The notes under the pieces were generated by a model. That model ran no database searches, was not told where the DNA came from, and was given only the letters and a program-made list of their open reading frames with translations. The translations under genes and the position numbers were made by a program. 64,000 bases of DNA from Callorhinchus milii (taxonomy: Eukaryota), in assembly GCF_018977255.1 (NCBI RefSeq), contig NW_024704742.1, forward strand, positions 58,654,001 to 58,718,000, read 5' to 3'. This document shows positions 1 through 12,294 of this stretch, piece after piece; the first letter of the stretch is position 1; each line of letters begins with the position of its first letter.

Positions 1-206
1 AAATTACCGTAACTGTCCTGGCAAATCTACCCCAGCAACAATGACACTGTTGGGCACAGAGATGTTTCAAGCTACACAATTGGGCACCTTCGATGAAAGG
101 GACGGACAAGATAAACTGCTCCAAAATAAACCAAATTGTGTAGTATTGGTCAAACAGCAGCAAGGCAGAAGTCTAAAATAATGTTCTGGATTTATAAATT
201 GTATTC

Positions 207-592
207 AACAACAACAAAATTACATTTGAATAGCGCCTTTCACGTCGGGAGGACATCCCAAGGCGCTGGACAGACAGAGTTTCGGACCCGAGTTGGGGGT
301 CGGGGTCAGGGAAGGTGGAGGGCAGAAGGTGGGGGGGGGGGGGAAGCAGGGAGATCAAAAGCATGGTCGAAGAGGAGGGTCTTGAGACGGGTCTTGAAGG
401 AGGCAAGGGAGGAGGTGAGACTGTGGGATGGAGTTCTGCCCGCCAATAGTGGGGTGAGCAAGGCAGGGGACATGAAGCCCGCTGAGCGGAGGGAGCAAGC
501 CGGATAGTAGGGATTTAGGAGGTCACAGAGGTAGGGGGGAGCAAGACCATGGAGGACTTTGAAGGTGAGGACCAGGACCTTGAACTGTATTC
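207..592 (-). mobile_element. L2 LINE 3'-terminal fragment
   Basis: Reverse complement ends in the stem-loop AGCGCCTTGGGATGTCCTCCCGACGTGAAAGGCGCT plus a (GTT)n tail; homologous to the 3' end of the L2 at 36196-37680. Confidence 0.9.
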
Positions 593-1064
593 TCTGTTTT
601 CAGCAGGAAAAGGTTAAATCTCAAACAATTTCTAGTTAATCGGCCCATTTTCTTTGCCAATAGGATTTACATTTTTTATCAGCTTGCAAACTGAGAGTTT
701 GTGTTTTACCGTGAATGTTTGTCAGGGAATTGCTGTCCTTCCTTATTTAACACTTGGCTCTGCAGTACTCGTTGGCAGAACTTGGAGGAGAACTGGGGGC
801 AGGGATGCTTTCAAAACAGCTCCTATTAACGTACAAGCCAAAGGCCTATTGGGTAGTGTGGTTCTTGCTGAATTAAGTAGCATCAAGTTTGCCAGACAGC
901 GCTTTCAATGGTACCTCTGGTCTTAGTTGATTGAACACCAGCAGTATCCAAAAAGCAAATTTCTCAAACCTTGACTCTCACTAACCTGATACGCTTGGCA
1001 ACGTATTAGGTAAGGAAGGTACCTCACTCCAGGGAGAGAGAGTACATTCCATTCCAGACACAGG

Positions 1065-1815
1065 GACATTTCCACATGTAAGTGGCATACATATGTAGAT
1101 GCCTCAGTTTGGTTTGGGTACTTTAAAGCACGGTGCTGGATTTTTATGTGTCAGACACCCAATCAACAAAAAAAACCTAGTCACTCAGTTCCACTTCTTT
1201 AAATTGATCATTATTGAGAATCAAGTATTTATACTGAATACATAATTCTTGTATATTTGGTCCAGATTTAAATAAATTTAATAAAACTCTGAAGCAATGA
1301 GAATAGGATATGATCAAGGATTTTCAGTTAAAGCAACTACTTTAAGTGATAGAATGAAACAACCATATTCTTTGGGTTTCCACATGTGTCAGGCACCCAG
1401 TTGAACCCCCAAAAATTAACACTTAACTTTTTTAAAAGGTTACAAAAACTATGTAGTCAATATTTCTATCCATATTTAATAGAACATCAGGTAACTAGCT
1501 TTTTTTAAAAAAAAGTTTCAATGTCTTTTATTTTTTCATTGCCAAACATTTCAGAAACTAGCTGAAGGTACGATTGATATTTTTCACATACGAAAGCGGA
1601 AAAGATATCTTTGATTGTTGCAACAATGTACTTGGGAGTAATTCTAATCTTGTTACTCCAGTTATATATTACATATTGTCTTTTAATATAATGTCACTGC
1701 ATTTGGAGCCTGGAGTTTCCGAGCTTGAATTCTGCACTTTAGAAGCTGATGGAAAAATGTGGTGTTTATTTTTTCTGGGCAAGGGAGCTTAGCTGGGTGC
1801 CTGACACATAAAACA
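1065..1815. mobile_element. Unclassified repeat, possibly a non-autonomous DNA-transposon remnant with direct and inverted internal motifs
   Basis: ATGTGTCAGRCACCCA at ~1146 and ~1384 (+) and inverted at ~1793-1808; 1068-1165 is homologous to 44982-45080 (-). Confidence 0.5.
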
Positions 1816-1949
1816 AATACTAAATAATCCTTACATTTGGTATAATACTTTTCATATCAGAATGGCGTTCCAAAGTGCTTCACAAGAAATACTGTAAAGT
1901 GGTGTGTCTGTGGGTTTTGTAGGCGAATGCGGCATCCAAGTTGCACACT

Positions 1950-2241
1950 TTCTTTTGAGTTAGAAAGTTGGGGTTGAAGCCATAAATCGTTACACTGAAT
2001 TCAGTCTAGTCTGACACTCCAAAGTAGTCCTGGGCAGCACGTGGGTACATTGACGAAGGTGCCAATAATTCCCCATATACATTTTATTTCATGTCTGTTT
2101 GTGGGACCTTGTGTATGTACAAACTGGCTGTCCTATTCACCAATAAATTCACAATCAGTACACTATACACTAATCCTGCAAAGCATTTTGAGATGTTCTA
2201 ACAAAGTGATAAGGTGCCATATCAAATGCAAGGATTATTAA
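1950..2241 (+). mobile_element. Old Deu-type SINE, decayed
   Basis: GCTGACACTCC-like body, CTGTTTGTGGGAC segment, tail ATCAAATGCAAGGATTATTA. Confidence 0.7.
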
Positions 2242-3111
2242 AGTTTAGAGAAGAGCAGAATATTGTGATACAGGGTCAAACAGATGAAAAACACTAAATC
2301 TTTTTTAAAAAAAGAGAAATTGGATGTTACCAGAAATGTTCATGTGTAATTAACATTTTCTTCTCTTCCCTAAAGGCATTTGACTTTTTTTCTTTTTTTT
2401 CAGTTTGGCTGCAAATGATCATTATAACAAAGAGTGTTGGAGAGGAGACCTGTGCTGGGTGACTATATTTTGTAGAGGAATGCGGCAACGAATTTGTGCA
2501 CAACACCGACTAACAAACATCATTAAACCCCACCTCAAGCCTATCCTCACACAACAGGCAGCAGTTATTGGATCTGGATGTTCAAACTCAGATCAACCAG
2601 CATAGATTCAGGATCGAACTCTGGGACTCTCCCGACCTCTGTTTGGCTCATTTAATTAGTTGTCAGACTTATGTAGTTCTGGTTGACAGGTGGTTCCACC
2701 TCCCCTTCTGATTTATGATGATTTCAGTCATGTTGCAATATAAATACAGTAGAAACTAATCCACTATTGGCTGTTAGCGTCAAAAGTGAAAATGAATTTC
2801 GAGCTGACACAAGGCAATAGCACAGCACTGCCCATGATCTGGTGCTAATTCTAACTAATTAACAACCTCAAGCAAACAAACAAACATATTTAACACTGTT
2901 CATCCCAATGCCTACACTGATAATACGATGATTCACACCTGCTGCCTACTTTCCACCTGGATCTTAAAAATCTAATTTTATTCAAAAGAGATAATCTTTC
3001 AGATAAATTGGTCATTCGTTTCATGGCTGTTTATGGGACCAAGCGGTGAGCAAAATGGCTGCAGCGTTTCCCTACAAAAAGACAGACAATTTGTCAGTTG
3101 TTACTGTGAAG

Positions 3112-4140
3112 CACTTCAGGAGGATGTCCCAAAGCACTGGATAGTTGGGTCAGGACCCGAGCAGGGGGGAAATGGTCAGGGTGAGGGGAGGAAAGGGAGG
3201 GAGCGAGAAGGGGTTAGAGAGTCGAGAGGGGAGCTGAAGGCACGGTCAAAGAGAAAGGTCTTGAGACCGGCCTTGAAGGAGGAAAGGGAGGAGGCGGCGA
3301 AGGCACTGGGGGATGGAGTTCCAGAGCCTCGGGGCTGAAGGCCCGGCCACCGATGGTAGGGCGGTTGGGGCGGGGGATGTGGAGCAGACCAGAGCCAGAG
3401 GAACGGAGGGTACGGGCAGGTAGGTAGGGGGATAGTAGGTCGGAGAGGTAGGAGGGAGCAAGGCCGTGAATGGCCTTGTAGGTGAGGATAAGGATCTTGA
3501 ATTCGATCCTCTGGGGGATGGGGAGCCGGTGGAGGCGAGCGAGGGTGGGAGTGATGTGGTCCTGGTGCGGGACAGTACACGAGCTGCAGAATTCTGAATT
3601 ACCTGCAGCTTGTGGAGGGAGGTGCCGGGAAGGCCGGCGAGGAGAGAGTTCCCATAGTCCAGCCTTGAGGTGATAAGGGCGTGAACCAGAGTTTCAGCAG
3701 CGTGAGGGGTGAGGTATTGCCGTAGTCTGGCGATGTTCCGGAGGTGATGGAAGGCGGTGCCAGTTGTGGTGCGGATATGAGGGAGAAAGGACAGCTCAGG
3801 GTCGAACAGAACACCGAGGTTCCTGACGGCTTTGAGAGGTGGAGAGTGCAGCCTTGGATGCTGATGCTGTCAGTTTTACGCCCGTTGAGCTGAAGAAAGT
3901 TGTCTCTCGTCCAGGACTCAATGTCAGACAGGCAGCTGTCAGGACATCGGTGGTCGTGGAGTTGAGGGTAGAGGAGGAAAGGTAGAGTTGGGTGTCATCC
4001 GCATACATGTGGAAGTTAACCCCATGTCTGCGGATGATGTCACCAAAGGGGAGATTATAGAGGGTGAAGAGGAGGGGACCGAGGACAGAGCCCTGAGGGA
4101 CACCGCACGAGACAGTGCGGGGGATGGAGGGATAATGAGG
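3112..4140 (-). mobile_element. L2 LINE, 5'-truncated with internal deletions (RT remnant)
   Basis: Minus-strand translation gives [28 protein letters not shown] (RT core) and PRGSG/LWNSIP..KTFLFDRAF (L2 ORF2 C-terminus). Confidence 0.92.
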
Positions 4141-4724
4141 CATAAGAATACCCTTGTTTGTTTCAAACAGAAATAGACCCCGAGCAGCAATTTCCAGAAA
4201 ACTAAAGTATTCAGTGGCATCTGAAAGCAATGCTGTATGTGGACAGTGAAGGGGTTATATTGTATTGATTTCATAGGGTGTTTTCCCTCTCTATCAGCTA
4301 CTACATGCATAGTTTTGTCTTTTACAGGAAAAAAAGCACTGGGCACCATCTCCTCTTACTTGGGGTCCACTGCAGGCTGACTGACTCCGATTAGATCAGA
4401 GAGGTCTGATTTATCTTTGTCGAGATGAAAAAAACTGAGAGCGCTGGAAAAATTAAACAGAAAACGATGACCTAGCACAGTTGTACAACGAACAAAGGCG
4501 AACATTGCAGGCGTGGCCCTTCATCAGAAGTGGAACAAACAATCCTTTTATGAAACCGATGAGGGCAAGTCGGACCACACAGAGATAAAATAGGAATTTA
4601 AAACCACACTCTACATACGCAAACAGGCAACGACTGCATCTTTACCACAAGTCAAAATGAGACTGCCCCCTCACCCTCTAAACTGGAGGCAAAACAGGGC
4701 GTCAAGTGGACATCAAGTGTGTCA

Positions 4725-5160
4725 GCCTGGCTCAGTTTATACTATACATAATATTACATATTATATATTATATAAAATGCAAGGATTATTTTGTTATTAT
4801 ATTGCCAGTTCAAGCCCCACTCACAACTTTTGAACTCACAGAGTCCAGACCAACTTTCCAATGCAATGTTGGGGATGTGCTACATTGTTGGAGGTGCCAT
4901 CCCTTGGGTGAAACTTTAAGCTGAGGTCCTCACTGTTCAGGTGGAAGTCCCATGGGACTATTCGAAAAGAGAAGGGAGTTTCTCTCCATGTCCTGGTCAA
5001 TAATTCCCCAAATAAAATTTGGCATTTGTGTGACTCATTGCTATGCGCAAATTCGTCACTATGTCTACAAAATATACAGTCACTCAACTTTACAGAATAT
5101 CCTATGAAGAGCTTTCGATATAAAAGTTTCTACTTCAAATGTACAGATTATTATCACTAT
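4725..5160 (+). mobile_element. Old Deu-type SINE (long form)
   Basis: GTGTCAGCCTGGCTCAGTT head, CATTGTTGGAGGTGCCATCC, GTTCAGGTGGA..CCCATGG body shared with the copies at 26.8, 52.2 and 62.3 kb. Confidence 0.75.
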
Positions 5161-6399
5161 TTGTTTCAAATAAGGACGAAAATGTAATGAAAGAAAAGAA
5201 CAAATCCATCACTACGTTTGGAGCAGGGATGAAAAGAGTGGAGTCTCCTTTCAGCAGAGATAACAATTGTTCAGAATACAGCACCTAACCCAGTAAAATG
5301 CTTCACTGGCACACGACAAGCATGGGGGTGCAGAATCTAGTGGAAAGTCACCAGGCAGATGATTTCAAGCAATATTCAGGCATCCAAAGCAGGTGAAGCA
5401 ACGATAACTTGTACTTAAAATAACTTGCCTTTCCTGAAGGATAACATCTCGAAACCGAGGCAGAATGAAAGAATCTCCCACTGTTTAACATCTCACTCTA
5501 GAGCTGAACTAAGTCTGGTGTGAAACACATAATCAGCATTATAAAGCATTCCATTATAATGTGCATGGGTTTGCTCACAGTGCAGTACAGGAAAATCCAA
5601 AGTGCACAGGCCCACTCCATTGTCATTTCAGATTACCAGCTGGTGTAGGGGAAGCCAAAATGGCTAACTTTTGGGGTCAACAGGTCATTTCCAATGTCGC
5701 TTCCTGTGCACTGTGCTTCACTCGCTGGCATTTTGTCATTGTGAATGCATGTGCAGTGAATAACAATCATTGCATTTTTCAGAAGCACCAGCCAATGATT
5801 GCAGCCTGTTACAGCACTGATACAAATGTTTTGGATCACAAATATCTCATTGTAACATGGCTTGTAACATGACTCTTGTGAATACACACACAATATATTT
5901 CAGGCACTATGTCCTGTCGGGGCTTACACTTTTATGGAGTACAAGCTTGGAGAGTGACCAGTGTGGATTGAGACTCAGTTTTAAAGTGTGTTCCCCTTGA
6001 ATATTTTAGGAAATCCCTGCTGTATATAAGAATGTTTTTTTCTCTTGCCCAAAAGTTGCTGCTTGTTCAGATTCAGTTTGTATTAATAGCTTCTGGATAA
6101 ATAAAACTTCTGGCTAATCCATCACACTTACATTTTCATGAGCAGCAAGTGAAGCATGCACTCCCCTCCCACCACCTCTCAGATTTAGGACAAACAAAAG
6201 TCAGACTTCTGCACAGATTTAACTGTTTAAGCAACGTTGCTTCAATGAGTTCCAGCTGAGTTTTCTTATAAAAGTTCCCTGCAGTAATCTCGCTGCTTTC
6301 CTGGAGGCCCTGACTTTCACTGAGGTGCTCATCCACAGACTGGCCTAAACATACTTCATCAAAGTAACTAAAGCAGAACTCCATTGCAATGCGCTTCAT

Positions 6400-6680
6400 T
6401 AGAACATTAGTTCACTTATCGTAACACTTTTGAAGTATGGACTTCAACAGTTACTTTCAACAAAAATTCTACGTGCTTTCTCACGGCAATCAATAGACGC
6501 ATTCTGGATCGCCATTGATGTCACTTCCTGAGAGCAATATTCAGTAAGTGACATCTGCGGTAACCTGATGACCTGGAAGTTGGTCTTTCTTAGCGTGCAA
6601 AAAGCAGGCGGCATTTTGAAGTGACGCAGCTCTCTGCTTGCATACGCAGATTTTATTGATCCACCCAAAACATGGCTCTG
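6400..6680 (-). promoter_or_regulatory. Candidate promoter or enhancer (CpG-retaining island with ETS and CRE-like motifs)
   Basis: Repeat-free; CACTTCCTG (ETS), TGATGTCA and TGACGCA (ATF/CRE-like), CACGTG at ~6692; lies directly upstream of an ATG-15 codon-GTATGT unit. Confidence 0.3.
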
Positions 6681-7659
6681 CTATATTCCTTACACGTGAC
6701 CCTAGACAGTGAATATTATCAACACAAGAAGCCCAGTCTGACCATTAAAAATATACACATAGCAATTTCCTGCAAACAACTATGAAGTGAAACGACCAAT
6801 TTTATCTGGGGGAATTGTTGGCCAGCCACTGAGAGAAACTCCCTTCTCCTTTTGAGTAGTGCATTAGAACATCCATCTAGATTATGAGCTCAAAGGCCTG
6901 ACTGGGGCTTAAACCTACAACCTTCTGACCCAGTGCTAGGAGTGCTAAGCAAAGTGCTACCAAGGATGCAGTAGCCTTTGGAATCACAATCAAACAAGAA
7001 GTCCAATTTGACCAATAAAAATGGTTTAAGTATAGATAATTCAGTCGCTAGGATTCATGTTTCCTCGTCTCGATGACTCCGGTTATTTTTTTTCCTGCTT
7101 TCCCCGACCCACATGTCACATTTCTTACAGATGTACATAACCTAATAACCACAGATGCTTTCAATTACTGTATGTCAAGAGCGCTTCCAGAAGCCTTCAG
7201 AAAACTTTTGTCAATAAGACGTGTAAGAATTACTGTTGCACAATAACCACAAGACTTAGCCACAGCTCCCAAAACAAAAGGCCACCAGCCAAACAGGCAG
7301 GAGCAGATGGGTTCTAACAAGTGTTCACTCAGTGGCTGACAGTCTGAGTCTGCACCAAACTAAAAACCTCTCAAGGGTTTTACATTTACTAGATCACGGA
7401 AATGTGGTCTCTTAACTAAACAAGGCCTTTACACTCCGAAAGCTAGAAGATTCACACAGTGAGAGATTTCCTGAAAACATAAGACAAATTTCTGAACAGA
7501 AAGATTATTATCTTCCTCTGATTCTCATTTTGATACTAAACACAGTAGTTAATGTGGCAAACCCATGGCCAACACAATATTCGAAGCAATACTCAAAAGT
7601 ATACAGCAATGCATTAATAATAAATGATGATGTGATAAGGAGCTTTATCAAATTCAAGG

Positions 7660-7997
7660 ATTATCATGATTATTAATAATAATCTTTGCATTTGACATAG
7701 TACCTTACGGTACCGAAACATCTCAAAGCATTTCACAGAGTTTTCTATAAACTGCAGTGACTGTGTATTTAAACACAGCAGCCAATTTGCACACAGCAAT
7801 GTCCCACAGACAGCCATGAAATGAATGACCAATTTTATCTGAGGGAATGTTGGTTAGGCCATCGGGAGAAACACCCTTCTCTTTTCAAATAGGTGCTGCG
7901 GGATCTTTGACATACACCTGAAGATAGACAGGACCTCGATTTAATTGTCTCATCTGAAGGACGACACCTCAACAATGCAGCACATCACTGCTGTCAT
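7660..7997 (-). mobile_element. Old Deu-type SINE, 3' part (split by an L2 insertion)
   Basis: Reverse-complement tail and GCAGCCAATTTGCACACAGCAATGTCCCACA; the element continues at 9463-9570. Confidence 0.85.
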
Positions 7998-9465
7998 CAC
8001 CCCCCTCCTGAAAAAACCCTCCCTAGATCCCTCAAACCCCAGTCATTACCACCCTATTTTTAACCTGCCCTTCCTCTCAAAAGCTCTAGAACGGGTTGTG
8101 GCCAACCAACTCCGTGCACACCTCTCCTCCCACTGCCTCTTCGAACCCCTCCAGTCCGGTTTCTGCCCTGCCAACAGTACAGAGACTGCGCTTGTGAAAG
8201 TCACAAACGACATCCTCTCCATCTGTGACCAGTGCTCCCTCTGCCTCCTTGTCCTCCTGGACCTCTCTGCTGCGTTCGACACAGTCGATCACGCCATCCT
8301 CCTCCACCGCCTTTCCTCCGTCATCCACCTCAGTGGGACCGCACTCACCTGGTTTGAGTCCTACCTCACAAACCGCCAGCAGTACATCTGCATAAACGGC
8401 TTCTCCTCCCGCTCTCACCCGATTACCTGTGGGGTACCACAAGGATCCATCCTTGGCCCCCTCCTCTTTCTGATCTACATGCTCCCTCTTGGGGATGTCA
8501 TCCGTAGACATGGGGTACATTTCCACATGTATGCAGATGACACCCAACTCTACTTTTCCACCTCTCTTTGCGACTCCCAGTCCCCTGCCTGTCAGATCTC
8601 AGTGGCTGGATGAGCACAAACTTCCTTCAGCTGAACATTGACAAGACAGAAGCCATACTCTTCGGCTCTTGTCAACGTATAAAATCTCATGGTTCTCACG
8701 TCCTCCACCTACCCGACCGCCCCCTAAATCTCTCAGAACCCGTACGCAACCTAGGGTCAGGTTCAACCCCCAATTATCCTTCCTCCCCCACATCCGGTCC
8801 CTCACTAGCACCGCCTTTCTCCACCTCCGTTGCATCATCCGTCTCCACCAATACCTCTCCCCAAAAGCTGCTGAAACTCTGGTCCATGCCTTTGTCACCT
8901 CTCGACTGGACTACTCTAATGCCCTCCTCGCTGGTCTCCCATCCACTACCATCCATAAAGTCCAACTCATTCAGAACTCTGCCGCCTGCATACTCACCCG
9001 CATGAAACTCCGTTCCCCGATCACCCCAGTCCTTGCCAGACTGCACTGGCTGCCTATCCCAGAGAGGATCGACTTCAAAATCCTCACCCTCGTACTCAAG
9101 TCCCTGCACTCTTCTGCACCCCCCTACCTCTCTGACCTCCTCTCTCCTCAAAACAGCACTCGTTGCCTTCGTTCCTCTGGGTCTGGCCTCCTCCTTGTCC
9201 CCCGAGTCCTTCGCTCCACCCTCGGCAGCCGTGCCTTCAGCCACTATGCCCCGAGGCTCTGGAACTGCCTTCCTCACGCCCTTCATCTCGCTCCCTCCCT
9301 TCCCATTTCCAGGTCTCTGCTGAAGACCTTTCTTTTCGACCGCGCCTTTGGTTACCTTCCCCCCCCCTCCCCCTGGCTCGGTCCCGGATCCGAAACTGTA
9401 AAGCGCTCTGAGACGCCGTCCGGCATGGAGGGCGCTATATAAATCCAAGTTGTTGTTGTTGTTGT
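7998..9465 (+). mobile_element. L2 LINE, 5'-truncated ~1.47 kb, frameshifted ORF2 (RT)
   Basis: [69 protein letters not shown]; 3' stem-loop plus (GTT)n; TSD TGTCAT. Confidence 0.97.
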
Positions 9466-9570
9466 CATGTCAGTTGAGACAATGAGCTCAAAGTCCCGAC
9501 ATGGGGTTTGAATTCATAACCCTCTGATTTAGAAGCAATAGTGCTACCCACTGATCCAGGCTGACACTTA
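9466..9570 (-). mobile_element. Old Deu-type SINE, 5' part (continuation of 7660-7997)
   Basis: GAGCTCAAAGTCC..GGGGTTTGAA..CAGGCTGACAC is the reverse complement of the old SINE head. Confidence 0.8.
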
Positions 9571-10319
9571 GTACTTTAGTTAATATTCCCTTGAAGCAAA
9601 TGCTAACATTAGCTGGTATGCACTTAGATTTAAATTTGAAAGCTGTCAGCAATATTCTCCTTTGTGCATTCCAGCCTTGACAAAGGGGACTGAGTACTTG
9701 AAATAGTACAGGTATATGAAGTTACTTAAATGGCTAAAAATACTTGTTGCCAGTTCATTCACACCATCTTACAGGTACAGATTTACATGCCTTTGTAAAC
9801 ATTATCATCTGCTGGGCTTAATGACTGAAGCGATGGACCTGGTGTCTGCTTAAGCAAAGGAGCATCCTTTCACAACCTTCTTTTCATCTTTTTGTTCAAT
9901 TTAAATGCTATAGATAGATGGCCTAACCTTTTAAACTCTTTGACGTGTACACTTGTTTCACCTCCTTTCCAAAATATGAAACGCAATTGGAATATTCTAT
10001 TTCCCTTTGGATGTTTGCTGCAGAGTTCCCCGATGTGTCTTTTGTCAATTCTGTGCCAATACCTGCCGCAGAATCATTTAAAACTCATTTTGATTGATGT
10101 GTGTGGTGGGAAAACAGCAGCTTCTCTGTGAGCTTCTCTTCTTTTTCAATCCTGTTGAATATCAGTGGCTGTCACAATTAAACCTTGTCCAAAATCTACT
10201 CCCTCGACCCTGTATGCATTAGACTTTGTACCAGCTACATGAGACCTTATAGGTGCTATGTTACACACTGTATGAGATACATTAGATCTTGAAGTTGTTA
10301 TATTACACCCTGTATGTGC

Positions 10320-10702
10320 TTTGTGGCACTTGCCTTGTAAGCGAGAGAAACCGGGTTCAATTCCTGGGCAGAGTAAAACCCTAGGCAAGTCTCCTTACTC
10401 CACAAGTCTCTGTTTACCTAACAGCAAATAGGAACATGGTTGTTAGTCGATTAGTGGATTGCTTTCCAAGGGTAATAATCCCTTAAAAAAAAATAAAAAA
10501 TTGTTCACTCAATCCACGACTGTTTGTGGGACACTGCTGTGCACAATTGGCTGCTGCATTTCGCCCACAAAATATGCAGTCAATTCACTTTGCAGTATAT
10601 TCTGTGAAGTATGTTTTGATTTCTTGCTTTACTTTAGTTCGAAACAGAGAATTGAGACGTCTCGACAATGTGATAAGGCAGTATATCAAGTACAAGGATT
10701 AT
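10320..10702 (+). mobile_element. tRNA-derived SINE, intermediate subfamily (long central segment)
   Basis: B-box GGTTCAATTCC, CTCTGTTTACC..GTTGTTAGTCGATT segment, Deu segment, ATT tail; TSD TATGTGC at 10313-10319 and 10703-10709. Confidence 0.9.
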
Positions 10703-11123
10703 TATGTGCAGTATGACACCCTGCCTGTATGTGTTGTATGACACCCTCTCTAAATATGCGATAGGAAACTGTGCTACTGTATCAGATGTGTATGCAGACA
10801 CTGTGTACACTGCAGCAGATACCAAATATACTGCTCTGTATGAACTGCAGTTTGGGACATCCTCCTGACGTAAAAGGTGCGATACAAATATAAATTGTTG
10901 TTGTTGCAGTAGTCAAAGTATAAGCTTGCTAAAGCTTGAATTGTGACAGGGGCCTTCGTTTTCTCCCATGTTTTGCTCCATCTTTAACATGAAGATGTAA
11001 AAGGAAATCGATGGCAGAGCAGATCAGCAATGTGCTGACATGACTGCATCTTTGCCCAATTCTCTGTTTACAACTAAACGAAAGCGAGAAATCAAAACGC
11101 CGTGTTCTAGTCAAAAGACTCAC

Positions 11124-11164
11124 GCGATTCTTTTTACGCCACTTTAGTTTTTCTCACAGTAATA
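11124..11164 (-). other. Candidate 41-nt non-coding exon
   Basis: Acceptor ACTGCTTTTTTTGCAG| and donor CGC|GTGAGT in unique sequence; stop codons in all three frames. Confidence 0.3.
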
Positions 11165-12294
11165 CTGCAAAAAAAGCAGTCCTATTTTCTGTCTGTCTTT
11201 CACTTAAATATTCTAAGTGCTGCTGCGAAATACTTTTCTCCTCTCCCTTGCTCAGTGTCCAACCCTGTCCTTGTAAATTGCTCTGAGAAGTTACTGTGTG
11301 AAGAGCCCTATAAAAATGCAAATTGTTACAATACATGACAATGAGCCTAGCCTCCCTTCCTCAGCGTTAGAGCATCTTTCATTGGCGACATTTGACTTCA
11401 CTGAAGTCCTCGTGCTACTTTCAGTCACCTACAACCATTCTACGTCACAACTGTGGTTACTCTTTGCTTGGGGATTTGGATTGTTGTTGAACAAATCCCA
11501 CAAAATCCAATAAAGCACTTCTGTTCCATTGGTTCCGATATAATCCTCCAACAGCTTTACAATCTTGCAGGAACACCGGCAAGGGTTAATCTCGGAAATG
11601 TAAGTCTGCTTGGCAGTTTTTCATATTGATCATCAAATTTACAGAGATTATTTGATGTATTTAAGAGCGATTAGGATTAGTGGGATTAGAATAAGGGTTT
11701 CTTGTGCTGAAAATCACAAGGTAGGTCTGATGGGCTGAATTGCACTCTAACAGTCTAGGATTTCAGAGAAGTTCCTTAAATTTGGCACGTTCAAGGTTAT
11801 TTTAAAGTGTGGTCAGGTAAGGAAGTGGATGGCAAAAACAGATAATTCCTGTCTTTGAAGAGTCCAAAGTGGAGCTTCTGCAAACTCAAGAGGTTGAATT
11901 TTGAATGGTTGCAATGTGATCCTTTATCGGAGCACTGGAACTCAGGCCCAACCAGCAAAAGATCATAAATTATCACAATCTAGCCTGAGGCCTGAACTGC
12001 ATCACTGGACATAAAACCCCACTCTTGGTCCAAGATATCAATCAATTGATATGACCCTAGGCTGAATTGGTCCACTGGTGATCAGAAACTTCCTCTGCAT
12101 TCCCCTCTCCCCTTCCTTGTCCAAATTGCGCTGAACTAACTGTGATCAGATATGATCATTTGTGATAGACTTGCTCACTTTCTAACACTTGTTTCTGCAC
12201 CATAAATGAGACCTTATTGTTCAAGTAAATCTAAACTAAATCACTACAGATTAAATTTCTTCTATTCTTCTAACCTAGGACCACCAATGTTACA

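Noticed and set aside
9..88. Possible 80-nt minus-strand exon (GAAG| .. ACG|GTAATT)
   Set aside because: Non-YAG acceptor, unrecognised peptide, and window-edge position prevents assessment.
4430..4535. Faint resemblance to a Penelope-like terminal repeat seen in sharks
   Set aside because: Recalled similarity only, very diverged, no second copy in the window.
7945..9448. Long ORFs of 222, 257 and 224 aa
   Set aside because: Frameshifted, 5'-truncated L2 ORF2 pieces and their antisense shadow; no endonuclease domain or genuine start.
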